44,943 bases of DNA, taken from the NCBI GenBank assembly GCA_045106895.1, contig JBGCFM010000171.1:1-44943 (forward strand). The letters run 5' to 3'. The position numbers were made by a program, and so were the translations under genes. This DNA comes from Polyangiales bacterium (GTDB lineage: Bacteria > Myxococcota_A > Polyangia > Polyangiales > Houyiibacteriaceae). This document shows, in pieces, positions 10,024 through 19,528 of the stretch. The first letter of the stretch is position 1. Every line of letters begins with the position of its first letter. The notes under the pieces were generated by a model that saw only the letters and a list, made by a program, of their open reading frames with translations, made no database searches and was not told where the DNA came from.

Positions 10024-10743
10024 CTAGGAACCAAAGAGCTTCGGCACGAGCTCCTCCGCCGCGCCCAAAAATGTCTCGTGGAAGTATGGGTTTGGGGGCT
10101 TCATCGGTTCCAAGTTTGCGTAAATCGTGCGCGCACCAACATACGCTGCGCTGCGAACATAGTTGGAAGCAGGGCTGACGGTGCCGCTGGTCCCGATGGC
10201 GACGAAGAGGTCGACCTCGCGAAGCGCCTTCTTGACGGCCCATTCGCGTTCAGCAGGGATCGCTTCGTTGAAGAAGACGATGTCCGGCCGAAGGGGCGCG
10301 TGACAGAGCTCGCACGCAGGGACGACGCCTTCGGTGAAGGAGTCGTCGTCGAAAGGTTGAAGCGAGCACTCGTTTCGGCTGCATCGAGTGATGCTCGCGC
10401 GCCCGTGGATTTCGATCACGGTGGAGCTGCCGGCGCGGCTGTGGAGCCCATCGATGTTCTGCGTGATGATCGTCATGGCGCCCGGGACTCGCGATTCAAC
10501 GCGCGCGAGGGCGAGATGAGCGGCGTTGGGCGATGCGTCGTGGGCCGCTGCCCGAAGGGGGCCAAAGAGCGACCAGGAAGCGGCGGGGTCATTGGCGAAG
10601 CCTTCGACGGTGGCTACGTTTTCGTCGCCGCCTTCGGTCCACACGCCGCCTGGCCCGCGATAGGCGCGAAGACCGGACGCGACGGAGATACCAGCGCCCG
10701 TCAGGACGACGATGTGTTGATACGCGCTGACATCGATGCTCAT
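10024..10743 (-). CDS. cobB: Sir2-family NAD-dependent protein deacylase
   Basis: LTGAGISVASG, TQNIDGLH, EIHG, four Zn-binding Cys, RPDIVFF, IGTSG. Start ATG 10743. Confidence 0.93.
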   Translation of the reverse strand: MSIDVSAYQHIVVLTGAGISVASGLRAYRGPGGVWTEGGDENVATVEGFANDPAASWSLFGPLRAAAHDASPNAAHLALARVESRVPGAMTIITQNIDGLHSRAGSSTVIEIHGRASITRCSRNECSLQPFDDDSFTEGVVPACELCHAPLRPDIVFFNEAIPAEREWAVKKALREVDLFVAIGTSGTVSPASNYVRSAAYVGARTIYANLEPMKPPNPYFHETFLGAAEELVPKLFGS

Positions 10744-10844
10744 TCCACGAGTTTGTAGGCGAACTGCCGAGCGCGCCCACCTTTTCACAACCCACGCCTC
10801 GAAGGCGATGGCCGGAGCTTTCGACTTGTGGCAATCCCGCGGGT

Positions 10845-11264
10845 ATGAAAACTCGCGTTAGCGCCTACGGCCTCGTCATCGCCGATGAGCGCATCCTGCT
10901 CACCCAGCTTGCGGACTTCTGTTATCGACCACGTCACTGGACCCTTCCCGGCGGCGGCATGAAGCATGGCGAGCTGCCGGAGGAAACCCTGGTGCGTGAA
11001 TTCTACGAAGAGACGAGCCTCCAAGCGCGCGACCTCGACTTGTTTCACGTCCACGCATTTTCAGAGAGCGAGCGCGGGCCGTTCATGGGCGTACAGATCG
11101 TCTACCGCGTCGCGGCGGAAGGAGAGCCCCGAGTGATCGAGGAGGGCGGGAGCACGGGTGACGTCGCGTGGGTGTCTCTTGCAGACCTGCCTAAGCTGGA
11201 TCGCGTGCCGGGTCTGGACGTCATCCTGAACAAGCTTGGTGTGCCGGTCATTTCCGGCGCTTAA
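10845..11264 (+). CDS. NUDIX hydrolase
   Basis: Nudix box PGGGMKHGELPEETLVREFYEETSL. Confidence 0.92.
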   Translation: MKTRVSAYGLVIADERILLTQLADFCYRPRHWTLPGGGMKHGELPEETLVREFYEETSLQARDLDLFHVHAFSESERGPFMGVQIVYRVAAEGEPRVIEEGGSTGDVAWVSLADLPKLDRVPGLDVILNKLGVPVISGA

Positions 11265-11267
11265 ACG

Positions 11268-11295
11268 AAAAAAGCTCGGCGCATGGCCGAGCTTT
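11268..11295. terminator. Intrinsic terminator between convergent genes, probably bidirectional
   Basis: 10-bp stem AAAGCTCGGC/GCCGAGCTTT with a 5-nt loop. The A6 run at 11268-11273 gives a U-tract on the minus strand. Confidence 0.75.
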
Positions 11296-11313
11296 CCTCG
11301 AAGATCGGAGCTC

Positions 11314-12315
11314 TTAGCACTCGTCGGTGCAGAAATCCCAGGGGCCTTCGTCCCATGCGCCTTCGGTCGCTGCGCAAAGCTCAAGGCAAGCATCTTCGCT
11401 GTCCGCTTCGTACGAGTCGCCGCCGCAGGCTTCGTGACCGAAGACGTACTCCATGCAGTTGCCCGTGGCGCTGCTGCTGCTGCCCTGGTGGCCATCCCAG
11501 CAGGTCGGTGTCTGGAGGAACTCGGTGTCGTCGGTGTAGCCGTTGTGGTTGCTCTCGCTGCAGAGATCGAGACAGAGCGTGGTCTCCACCAAGCACTCGC
11601 GGGAGGTGTCGGCGAAGGTAGGAAGAAGGTCGAGGATGATGCCGCAGGTGTGCTGAAGCTCTGGCGCCGCGTCGCAAGCGTCGACGCAGTCGTCACCTTC
11701 GGCGGCGAGGCACTCGTCGAGGATGCGCTGCGCCGTCGCGGCGCCGACGCGGCCGTTGTAGGAGTCGAGGTCGACAAGCGCGCAGTCAGCAGCGCGCGTG
11801 AGGCATTGGTCGGCACGGATGACGCCGCTGAAGGGGCTCGCCCCGTCGCAGATGCCGCCGGTGCAGGATGTCGTCAGCGTGAAATCGCCGTTGCCCACGC
11901 CGCGGTGAGCCTTGACTGCGATGAAGTGCTCGCCGTCATTCTCGATGGTGAAGAAAAGCTCCACGCTGCCGGAGCCGACGTCGTAGCTCGTCGGAGCAAC
12001 GAACGTGCTGGTGCCGGCGTAGAGGTACGCCGAGGGACGAAGGTCGCCGGAGTCGCGGGTGACCTCCAAACGAATCTGGTCGCCGGCCTCAAGCTGCAGC
12101 GAGTAGAGCACGAGGCCCTCACCGCCGGTGGAGCTTGAAGCGCTGTCGCCGAGGCTGATCTCTCGGCTTCCGAATGCGCCGTCCGCTTTCGACTCGGCAA
12201 GCTGAGACTCGATCCCGGGCGAGACTTCTGGGTCGAAGGGGACTTCGACGTCGGCTGCGCAAGCCAGGGAAAGACAAAGACCGAGGATGGAGGCAATTCG
12301 CATGGGTGCCTTCAT
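11314..12315 (-). CDS. Cys-rich secreted protein/lipoprotein with PPC-like domain
   Basis: Signal peptide ending SLAC, KADG motif, PPC-like LEAGDQIRL...GEHFIAV, Cys-rich helical C-terminus. Start 12315 or 12303. Confidence 0.75.
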   Translation of the reverse strand: MKAPMRIASILGLCLSLACAADVEVPFDPEVSPGIESQLAESKADGAFGSREISLGDSASSSTGGEGLVLYSLQLEAGDQIRLEVTRDSGDLRPSAYLYAGTSTFVAPTSYDVGSGSVELFFTIENDGEHFIAVKAHRGVGNGDFTLTTSCTGGICDGASPFSGVIRADQCLTRAADCALVDLDSYNGRVGAATAQRILDECLAAEGDDCVDACDAAPELQHTCGIILDLLPTFADTSRECLVETTLCLDLCSESNHNGYTDDTEFLQTPTCWDGHQGSSSSATGNCMEYVFGHEACGGDSYEADSEDACLELCAATEGAWDEGPWDFCTDEC

Positions 12316-12436
12316 AGCAGCTGAAACGCCGTTTGACACTACATGTGGGTGAGTATGCGCAGAAGCCAAGGAAACGTCACCGCCCCGTTGCTTCGGCGCA
12401 AGGAAGTAATCGAATCGCATGGCGTATGGTGCCGGC

Positions 12437-13951
12437 GTGAAGACCTCATGCATCGTATCTCTGCTCCTTGCCGTCTTTGCCGGTTGTGGTGACCCGGAAG
12501 TCGCCCCGATTGCGCCGGGCACTCCCCAAGCGCCTGCGACGGAGCCGTCCGCGCCGCAGCTGGCCGTCGAGCCGGAAGCGCCGAGGCCCGAGGGAGAGCA
12601 GACGCTCGAAGGCGGCTTGAGCATTGAAGTTCTCGACATGCAGCTCTTTCATCCGGACACGCCTCACCGTGAGCTCATGGACCCGCGCGATCTTACGCGT
12701 CGCACATCGGAGCGTGGAAGTGGCTTCGGCCTCGGGGTCTTGCTCTCGGTGCAGAACGATTCGGAATACGTTCTCGGCGCGCCGCGCATTATCTCTAACC
12801 TCGCCGTACGTGGCGCGCATGGAATGGCGACGTGCCGCCTCGTGCCAAGGCGTCGTAGCTATTGGGGTCGCACGCGGAACCCGATGACGATTCTGAGTCC
12901 GCAAGTGAGCGAGCGAACCCCTTGGGCCGACGAGACGCGAAACAACACGGAGTCGCTGTGGCGCCCAGACGAGACGCTTCGTATTCGCGGCGTCCTCGAG
13001 TGCGGCCCCATCCAGGTTCATGACATCGAGCCCGCGGGTCTTAGCGGGCACTTCACCTTGGCGGCACGCGCACCCTTCGTCCCCCACGAGGTCGACTGCG
13101 ATCGTGATCAGGAGATCTGTGACGACGACATCGTTGGCAGCATCGACGCCATCGACGTGCCGGCGCGAGCGTTCGGTCTGCAAGCGGTGACGCTCCCGAC
13201 GGGCGAGTCCGGCTACGCCGCGGGCGACATCTTTATTCACGCCGTGGACGGCCGCCCCAAGCGCGAGACCTTCTCGGACCTAGAGACCTCTCTCTTCGAA
13301 TCCGAGACGGCGGACCTACCGGCGGCTCCTGTGTTGAGCCCGGTCACCATCGGCGAATGGAGCTTGACCCTGAACAGCGTCACGATGGGCCACTGGACGG
13401 ACGTTGAAGACGTGGACAAGGGCAAGCGCCTCGTGACGGTCACGGCGACGGTGGCTATCGACTCCGCGAATATCGGCGCGCAAATGGCGCTGGCCGTGAG
13501 CGCCGCCGAGACGGAGCTCGCTGCGGCGGAGAGCGCTCTTCGTGTGGCAGGTCTTGCGATGGAGCAAAGCGAACCGGGGAGCCAAGCGATGGCGACGCTG
13601 ATGACGACGGAGCGCGAAGCTCAGGCGCGCGTGCGGAGCGCATCTTCCGCCGCGTCCCGCGCTCGATCCACCTACCAGCGCACCCTCGGTTCGGCGCGCT
13701 CGAACCTGGTGCGCCTGCTCAGCTGTGACCGCGTTCAGCTCGTCAGCACAAAGGGCACTCAGCGCGCCGACAACGCGCGTGACGCCGGCAGCACCTGCCG
13801 CACGTTGAGCGACGCGGACAGTGTTTCCGTCGTTTGGGCATTCTCCGTCGATCGTTACGAGACGCCGGTGGGCATCACCTACCAGCTCGGTCGCGACCAT
13901 CACACGACGTTCTTCGCAGCGCAGTCCTTGAGTGGTTTCGACGCGCGCTAA
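12437..13951 (+). CDS. Hypothetical lipoprotein with coiled-coil insertion
   Basis: Lipobox FAGC, Pro-rich linker, Ala-rich helical segment. GTG 12437 lies 6 nt after TATGGT. Confidence 0.75.
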   Translation: MKTSCIVSLLLAVFAGCGDPEVAPIAPGTPQAPATEPSAPQLAVEPEAPRPEGEQTLEGGLSIEVLDMQLFHPDTPHRELMDPRDLTRRTSERGSGFGLGVLLSVQNDSEYVLGAPRIISNLAVRGAHGMATCRLVPRRRSYWGRTRNPMTILSPQVSERTPWADETRNNTESLWRPDETLRIRGVLECGPIQVHDIEPAGLSGHFTLAARAPFVPHEVDCDRDQEICDDDIVGSIDAIDVPARAFGLQAVTLPTGESGYAAGDIFIHAVDGRPKRETFSDLETSLFESETADLPAAPVLSPVTIGEWSLTLNSVTMGHWTDVEDVDKGKRLVTVTATVAIDSANIGAQMALAVSAAETELAAAESALRVAGLAMEQSEPGSQAMATLMTTEREAQARVRSASSAASRARSTYQRTLGSARSNLVRLLSCDRVQLVSTKGTQRADNARDAGSTCRTLSDADSVSVVWAFSVDRYETPVGITYQLGRDHHTTFFAAQSLSGFDAR

Positions 13952-13953
13952 CG

Positions 13954-14637
13954 ATGAGCGGGCTGGAACATCGAGAGGGTCGCGCAGAGCTCATCACTTC
14001 GCTCTACCAGACCTTCGCGCGCTACGCCGTCAAACTCCCGATGCACGGATGTTTTTGCTGCGTGAGCGCAGAGCGCCACAGTTCCATTCATGGACCCTTG
14101 CGCGAGCTCTCCGCCGAAGCGCTCTCGCTCTACTCCGCAAAGGCGATGAGCACGTGGGGCGGAGTCGAGGACTACAAGCACTTCATCCCGCGAATACTGG
14201 AACTCTTGGGCTCGGGCGACGCCGCGAGCTACCACGGCTTCAGCGTGTGGCTCGTCGCTGGAAAGCTAGACTACGCCGGTTGGGGCACGTGGCGACCCGA
14301 GGAGCAGGCGCTCATCAAGCAGTATTTCCATGAGCTATGGCTCGCGTTCTTAGACGGCGACACGACTACGCTCTCGGCAATAGAGATGATCGACGCGATT
14401 CGCGCCCTCGGCGAGGATATCGCGCCGTGGCTCGCTTATTGGGACCCCGCGCGGCTGGGGCACGCCGAGCGGCTCGCAGAGGCAGTGCTCTACTGTCCCA
14501 CTCGCAGCCACAAAGAGTTCCGCGGGTGGTTGCTCGCCCCCGAGCGACTTCGTGCGCTGGAAGCTTCGTTTGAAGCCCACTTAGACACGCCCCAAGCGGA
14601 CCTCATCGCCGAAGCCATCGACCGTATTTCCCAGTGA
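13954..14637 (+). CDS. Hypothetical cytoplasmic helical protein (CxCC motif)
   Basis: ATG 2 nt after the previous stop; CFCC and TWGGVEDYKHFIPRILEL. Confidence 0.7.
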   Translation: MSGLEHREGRAELITSLYQTFARYAVKLPMHGCFCCVSAERHSSIHGPLRELSAEALSLYSAKAMSTWGGVEDYKHFIPRILELLGSGDAASYHGFSVWLVAGKLDYAGWGTWRPEEQALIKQYFHELWLAFLDGDTTTLSAIEMIDAIRALGEDIAPWLAYWDPARLGHAERLAEAVLYCPTRSHKEFRGWLLAPERLRALEASFEAHLDTPQADLIAEAIDRISQ

Positions 14638-14645
14638 GCGCGTGA

Positions 14646-17600
14646 CTACTCGTCTTCAAGCGGCGGCTTGCTCGCGACCGTCGCGTCATCCATTGGCCCC
14701 TTGATGGAAGAAGGTCTGGATGCGCTCGTCGGCATGTCCATCGGCATCAAGCGCTCGCCGGAGTCGACGGTGTCGTCCGGGTTACGCGAGTGACTCGTCG
14801 CCGTGACGACGCGTGTCTCCTCTTCGTAGGTGCTCCCCGTCGACCGAGACGAGACGTCGGACCTCTTCGGGCGAATCGACCGGGGGCGCCGCTGTCGGCC
14901 GGCTTCCGTGAGGCGCTCTAGGATCGCGATGAGGCCCGGGTTTTCCGTGGGCCGGAGCCAGTCCTCGGCCATGAGCCGATGGTGCTCGTAGTTGACGCGG
15001 TCACCTCCATGGAGAGATACGCGCGCCATGGCTTCGTGCAGCTGACCGGCCATCGACGAGCACTCCATGGCCTCCGCTTTATCGATGGCCTCGCGAAGGC
15101 GGAGAGTCGCCGCGCGCTGGTCCCCAAGGGCGTTCTCCGAGAGAGCCATCGCTCGCTCACAGCGTAAGCGCGGAAGCCAGATGCGTTGCTTCAGGTCTTC
15201 GCCAACGGCTAAGCCTTCCTTGGCCCACTCGATGGCGACCTCGTGTCGATACGCGTCGGCGGCGGTCTGAGCCAAAGCTGAGGCGGTGTACTGACGCATC
15301 AGCGCATCGGACTCGTCGAGGGATTTGTAGCCAGCGCCGAGCACTTCAAAGGCGTCGTCGAACTCGCCGCGCTCTCGATGAATCTCGCCGCGAGTGATGG
15401 CGATTCGCGCCTCGAACTTCATGCCTTCGGCGGCGTAGCGTTCGAGGGTGTCGAGGCATTGCTTGAGCCCTTCCACGTCGTGGTTCAGCCCATAAGCCGG
15501 GTGGGCGAAGAGCACGACTTGTAGCTGCGTGGACCAGGAGCCGAGCTGGATCGTCTCGACCTCGATGCCTTCTTCGATCTCCCGAGCGATGGACTCTTCG
15601 CCGCGGTAACGATGACGGACAACGCGTGCTGTCTGGGCGGCGAGGTCGTAGAAACGAAGGTCCAGCTCTTCCATGCGTTCAAGGTCGGCGAAGAGGCGCT
15701 CGCTCTCGAACTGGTTGACGTCGACGAGCACACGCATCGACCGGCAGCCCGCTTCCGCGAGGCGTTTCTCGTCAGGCGTCAGCGGGTTCATGAAACGGCG
15801 AGTCACGAGCTCAACGGATTCCGTCAGGCGATCCGCCGCGCCGCCGAGTCGCCCTTCAACGATGTCGTGCATCGAGTGAGCGGCGAGGTAAGCGGCGTAG
15901 GGGATCTGGCCGCGAAAAGACTTGAAGGGTCGCGCGACTTCGAGGAGCTCTTCTAGCTCGGACTTCAGGTTCGCCGCATAGGCGAGGGCGCACGAGTAGC
16001 TCAGCCCGACGACAAAGGATGTGAGAGCCCGAAGAGGGTTCGGGCCACGTCCGAGACGCGCGAGCCATCGAAGGTTCGCCCAACCAAAGCCCAGGACGAA
16101 GCCAGGGAGCCAGCCGATGAAGCGGAGCTTGCGGGCGATGGAGAGACCGCATTCTTGTCCCAACAGCTCCAGGGCTCGCTTTGAGTGACGCCTCCCCGTA
16201 GGACGGTGAGAGACCCAGCCGGCGGAAAGCAGGAAGAACGCCATCTCTGCCCGTCGCCATCGAGGCGCACCGGACGCCTCCGCTTCTGCGAGCGCGACCT
16301 CAAGCGGGGCGATGCAATCGGAGAGGGCCTGGGCCTCGTAGAGCGCACGTCCGGCGCCCTCGAGCATTCTCGCGCCTTCCTGTTTTCGGTCGCCGCGATA
16401 GAGGTGCCAGCCAATCGTGGCTTGGCGTGCAGGGTCCTCGGGCAGTTGCTCGGCGAGGAGCGTCTCGGCGACCTGTCGGTGGAGCGTCTGCTCTCGTTCG
16501 GAGGAGAGGCCACGGAGAAGTGCTTCGCGGAGGCTGTCGTGACGGAAGCGAAAACGATCACCGAGATCGACGATGACTCCCTGGCGTCGCAGCTCGGCGA
16601 GGGCCGCGAAGGTGTCGCTCTCGACCTGACTCGCGGAGGCGGCTCTGTCTTCCTTCGCGTTTCCGCTATCCGCGTTGAGGCTGGCGCTCACGATCAAGTC
16701 GACTGTGCGCTCAAGCTCGAGTTCGCTCCCGTGAACGGCGAGCATCTCCCCAACGGAACGCTCCGCCGGCGAGAGCTTGGCGATTCGCTTCTCCATCGCC
16801 TGGGCCAGTCCTTCGGGGCGGATGTCGCTAGGAATGTCCTGGGGGAACACCCATGAGCCTGAGGCGTAACGAATCACGCCTTCGTCGACGAGCTGTCTCG
16901 AGAGCTCGGCACAGAACATTGGGCTGCCGAGGGTGGCTTTGTGCATCCAGCGCGCGAGGCGCGGCAGATGTGCGGCGTCGCCGAAGACGGAGCGAAGGAG
17001 CGCCTCGACGCCGTCCTCGTTGAGCCCTTCGAGCAAGATGCGCGGCTGGATTGAGGAGAGCGACGCGACGGCGGACTTGGCGCGGACCTGCTCGCCAAGT
17101 CGACGAGCCACGCCGAGGAGAAGGCGAGGGATCTTGCGTTGTGCCAGGCTCGCGACGGAGGCGGCGCTCGCTTCGTCGCAGCGCTGAATATCGTCCACCA
17201 AGATCACGAGGGGGCCGCTCTCCGCCATGAGCTGAACCACTTCCAGCACCGCGCGCTGCAAGCGCATACGGTCTTCGGCGGGCTCTCCGGACTCGGCTTC
17301 CGCATCCACCAGGGGGAAACGCTTCGCGATGGCTGGGAAGACGCGACACAAGAGACCTGCGTGAGGTTCACAAGCGCTATAGGCTTCCTGCGGCATCACG
17401 ATGAACGCCTCGTTCAGCAGCTCAGCGATGGCCGCGAAGGGTCTGCCCCCGTGCTCCGCGGCGGCGTCTTCGCAGTTGATCGCGAGGCAACGTGCGCCTT
17501 CCAGCTTTGCTTGAATACGAAGGTCAGCGAGCAGACGGCTCTTCCCCGTTCCAGACTCCGCTTCGAGGTACAGCTGCCGAGACGCCTGATTCGTCACGAC

Positions 17601-18500
17601 CTCACTGAGCTCGTCGCGCATCATCTTGAGCTCCGCGTCACGGCCGACCAAGGCAGCTGTTGGCGCGTAGCCCGACTGCACGGCGAGGACCGGGTCCGGC
17701 TCGAGATCTCCGAGGGCGGTGAGTCGATCGATGAGAATCGCGGCGCTTTGCGGACGACCCATCGGTTCAAGACAGAGAAGATCCACCACCAGCGACTCGA
17801 GGGCTTCGGGCACATCGGCGATCTCCGACGGCAGGACGGGCGTCTTGCGCCACAGAGCGTCGAGATCGCGCAGAGTCCGCGCGGGATAGGGAGTCTCTCC
17901 CGTCAGCATCGAGTAGGCCAGGACACCGAGTGAGTAGAGGTCGGCGCGTCCGTCGATGGGCTGTCCGTAGAGCATCTCCGGGGCGATATAGGCGGGGGTT
18001 CCGGCGACGTCGCCGGCCACGCCAGCGTCGACGAGGACGCCAAAGTCGAAGAGGATCGCCCGCTCACCCACCACGCGCACGTTCCGAGGCGTGAGGTCAC
18101 GATGGACCATGCCGCGAGCATGAAGGAGGGCGAGGGCGGAGGCGACATCGCGGAGCAAGAGACAGGTCTCTTTGGGCGAGATCCGGCGCGCGCGAATCAC
18201 CTCGCGGAGGTCTTCCCCCGGCATCATCTGCATGGTGTAGTACGGACCCGAGGGGTCTACGCCGTAGTCGTAGACAGGCACGATGCGGGGGTGTGCGAGG
18301 GACGCGAGCGTGTGGAACTCGCGCCTGAAACGCAGCTCGGCGCGGGCGAACTTCGACTCCGTGTCGTCCACCGACATTCGCTTGAGCGCCACGCGTTGAT
18401 CCGTCGTGAGATCGAGAGCCTCATAGACCTCGCCCATGCCTCCGCGGCCAAGATGGGCCATGAGTTGGTATCGGCCCCCTACGACGGTTTCCTTGGACAA
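14646..18500 (-). CDS. Ser/Thr kinase - AAA/STAND-type ATPase - TPR-like multidomain protein
   Basis: LGRGGMGEV, VALK, HRDLTPRN, DFG, GTPAYIAPE; Walker A AESGTGKS; Walker B ILVDD; GSP motif; long helical C-terminus. TTG start at 18500, just after the upstream stop. Confidence 0.9.
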   Translation of the reverse strand: MSKETVVGGRYQLMAHLGRGGMGEVYEALDLTTDQRVALKRMSVDDTESKFARAELRFRREFHTLASLAHPRIVPVYDYGVDPSGPYYTMQMMPGEDLREVIRARRISPKETCLLLRDVASALALLHARGMVHRDLTPRNVRVVGERAILFDFGVLVDAGVAGDVAGTPAYIAPEMLYGQPIDGRADLYSLGVLAYSMLTGETPYPARTLRDLDALWRKTPVLPSEIADVPEALESLVVDLLCLEPMGRPQSAAILIDRLTALGDLEPDPVLAVQSGYAPTAALVGRDAELKMMRDELSEVVTNQASRQLYLEAESGTGKSRLLADLRIQAKLEGARCLAINCEDAAAEHGGRPFAAIAELLNEAFIVMPQEAYSACEPHAGLLCRVFPAIAKRFPLVDAEAESGEPAEDRMRLQRAVLEVVQLMAESGPLVILVDDIQRCDEASAASVASLAQRKIPRLLLGVARRLGEQVRAKSAVASLSSIQPRILLEGLNEDGVEALLRSVFGDAAHLPRLARWMHKATLGSPMFCAELSRQLVDEGVIRYASGSWVFPQDIPSDIRPEGLAQAMEKRIAKLSPAERSVGEMLAVHGSELELERTVDLIVSASLNADSGNAKEDRAASASQVESDTFAALAELRRQGVIVDLGDRFRFRHDSLREALLRGLSSEREQTLHRQVAETLLAEQLPEDPARQATIGWHLYRGDRKQEGARMLEGAGRALYEAQALSDCIAPLEVALAEAEASGAPRWRRAEMAFFLLSAGWVSHRPTGRRHSKRALELLGQECGLSIARKLRFIGWLPGFVLGFGWANLRWLARLGRGPNPLRALTSFVVGLSYSCALAYAANLKSELEELLEVARPFKSFRGQIPYAAYLAAHSMHDIVEGRLGGAADRLTESVELVTRRFMNPLTPDEKRLAEAGCRSMRVLVDVNQFESERLFADLERMEELDLRFYDLAAQTARVVRHRYRGEESIAREIEEGIEVETIQLGSWSTQLQVVLFAHPAYGLNHDVEGLKQCLDTLERYAAEGMKFEARIAITRGEIHRERGEFDDAFEVLGAGYKSLDESDALMRQYTASALAQTAADAYRHEVAIEWAKEGLAVGEDLKQRIWLPRLRCERAMALSENALGDQRAATLRLREAIDKAEAMECSSMAGQLHEAMARVSLHGGDRVNYEHHRLMAEDWLRPTENPGLIAILERLTEAGRQRRPRSIRPKRSDVSSRSTGSTYEEETRVVTATSHSRNPDDTVDSGERLMPMDMPTSASRPSSIKGPMDDATVASKPPLEDE

Positions 18501-18502
18501 CG

Positions 18503-19504
18503 CTAAGAGTGTGACGCAACTCGCGCGTGGCGGAAAGGTTGGGATCCAAACGAGTCGACGATCGCGCGGCGGTGAGCGCGATGTTGCAGCACCAGGCCCG
18601 TCACGTGACCCGCGTTCAGCCAGCGCAGCTCGCTGCCTTTCCACACCTCGTGCAGGGCGAGGGCCTCGTCCGGGGGAATGAAACCATCTTTTCGTGAGGC
18701 GACGAGGATCGCTCGCTCCGGAGCGACGGGCGCCGGGAGACGATCGAGACGCACCGGCTCCAAACACTCGGCGAAGTAATGCCGCGCCGAGTCCAACGAA
18801 CCGGCTTCCGCGGCGAGCACGTCCCAGCGCATGGTGGTGCTCAGCGCAGCGCTCGTGAACACGGCTTCGGCGGAGCAAGCGGCCCCGCGGGGTGAAACAC
18901 TCACGGGGAAGGCGGAAAGCGCCGCGCCGAATGCCGCCATCATGCCGCCTTGGGAGAAACCCGTCGCGCCGACGCTCAACTCACGCTCGGCGAAGTGAGC
19001 AAGAAGCGAGCGAAGCTCGACGACCGTAGCCAGGTTCATCGCAAATTGGTCGGCCACCGTTCGCACGCCCGCGCCAACCTGACGCGGAGGTCGCCGCTGC
19101 CCGTAGTAGGCATTCTCAAGGATCACGCTGCCGATGCCTTGGCGCGCGAGCCAGCGAGCGAGGGGTCGCCGCGCCATGAACCCTTCTTCACCGGTCGTCG
19201 CCAGAAGGATGCAGCGGGGAGCGTCGCGATGAGGAGTCCACTCCTCCAGGTACGCTCGCTGCCCTTCTTCAGGCAGCACCTCAGCCGAGGGCGAGGTGAA
19301 CGTGCCGCGTCGAATCTTGGTGCCACCGAAACTTCTGGCGGCGCCCCACTCAATTTCAATGGGCTGGACCGGCGTCTCGTGGACATCACGGACACCTGCG
19401 ACGAGGGACTCGAGCCTTTTCTGCTCGCCGAAACCGTCGGCGTAGAGGCGCCGAGACGGGGTCATCGCTTTGGCGAACATTCGGTCGATGAAAGCGTGAG
19501 CCAT
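18503..19504 (-). CDS. Alpha/beta hydrolase, ABHD18/DUF2048-like
   Basis: LENAYYGQRRP, nucleophile elbow GFSQGG, KDGFIP, ELRWLNAGH. Confidence 0.85.
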   Translation of the reverse strand: MAHAFIDRMFAKAMTPSRRLYADGFGEQKRLESLVAGVRDVHETPVQPIEIEWGAARSFGGTKIRRGTFTSPSAEVLPEEGQRAYLEEWTPHRDAPRCILLATTGEEGFMARRPLARWLARQGIGSVILENAYYGQRRPPRQVGAGVRTVADQFAMNLATVVELRSLLAHFAERELSVGATGFSQGGMMAAFGAALSAFPVSVSPRGAACSAEAVFTSAALSTTMRWDVLAAEAGSLDSARHYFAECLEPVRLDRLPAPVAPERAILVASRKDGFIPPDEALALHEVWKGSELRWLNAGHVTGLVLQHRAHRRAIVDSFGSQPFRHARVASHS

Positions 19505-19528
19505 CGGGGCAGTGTAGCACCGGCCGGC

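Noticed and set aside
9974..10243. N-terminal extension of the 832-aa ORF
   Set aside because: Overlaps the 3' end of cobB on the same strand in another frame.
10024..10743. Sirtuin as an anti-phage SIR2 NADase (Thoeris/DSR type)
   Set aside because: Canonical Zn-binding CobB-type deacylase with no defence partners nearby.
11236..12138. 300-aa plus-strand ORF and similar 200-300 aa overlapping ORFs elsewhere
   Set aside because: Opposite to better-supported genes and without recognisable motifs.
18501..18878. N-terminal extension of the 1410-aa kinase ORF
   Set aside because: Overlaps the hydrolase gene and is Arg/Pro-rich off-frame sequence; the kinase domain begins right after TTG 18500.
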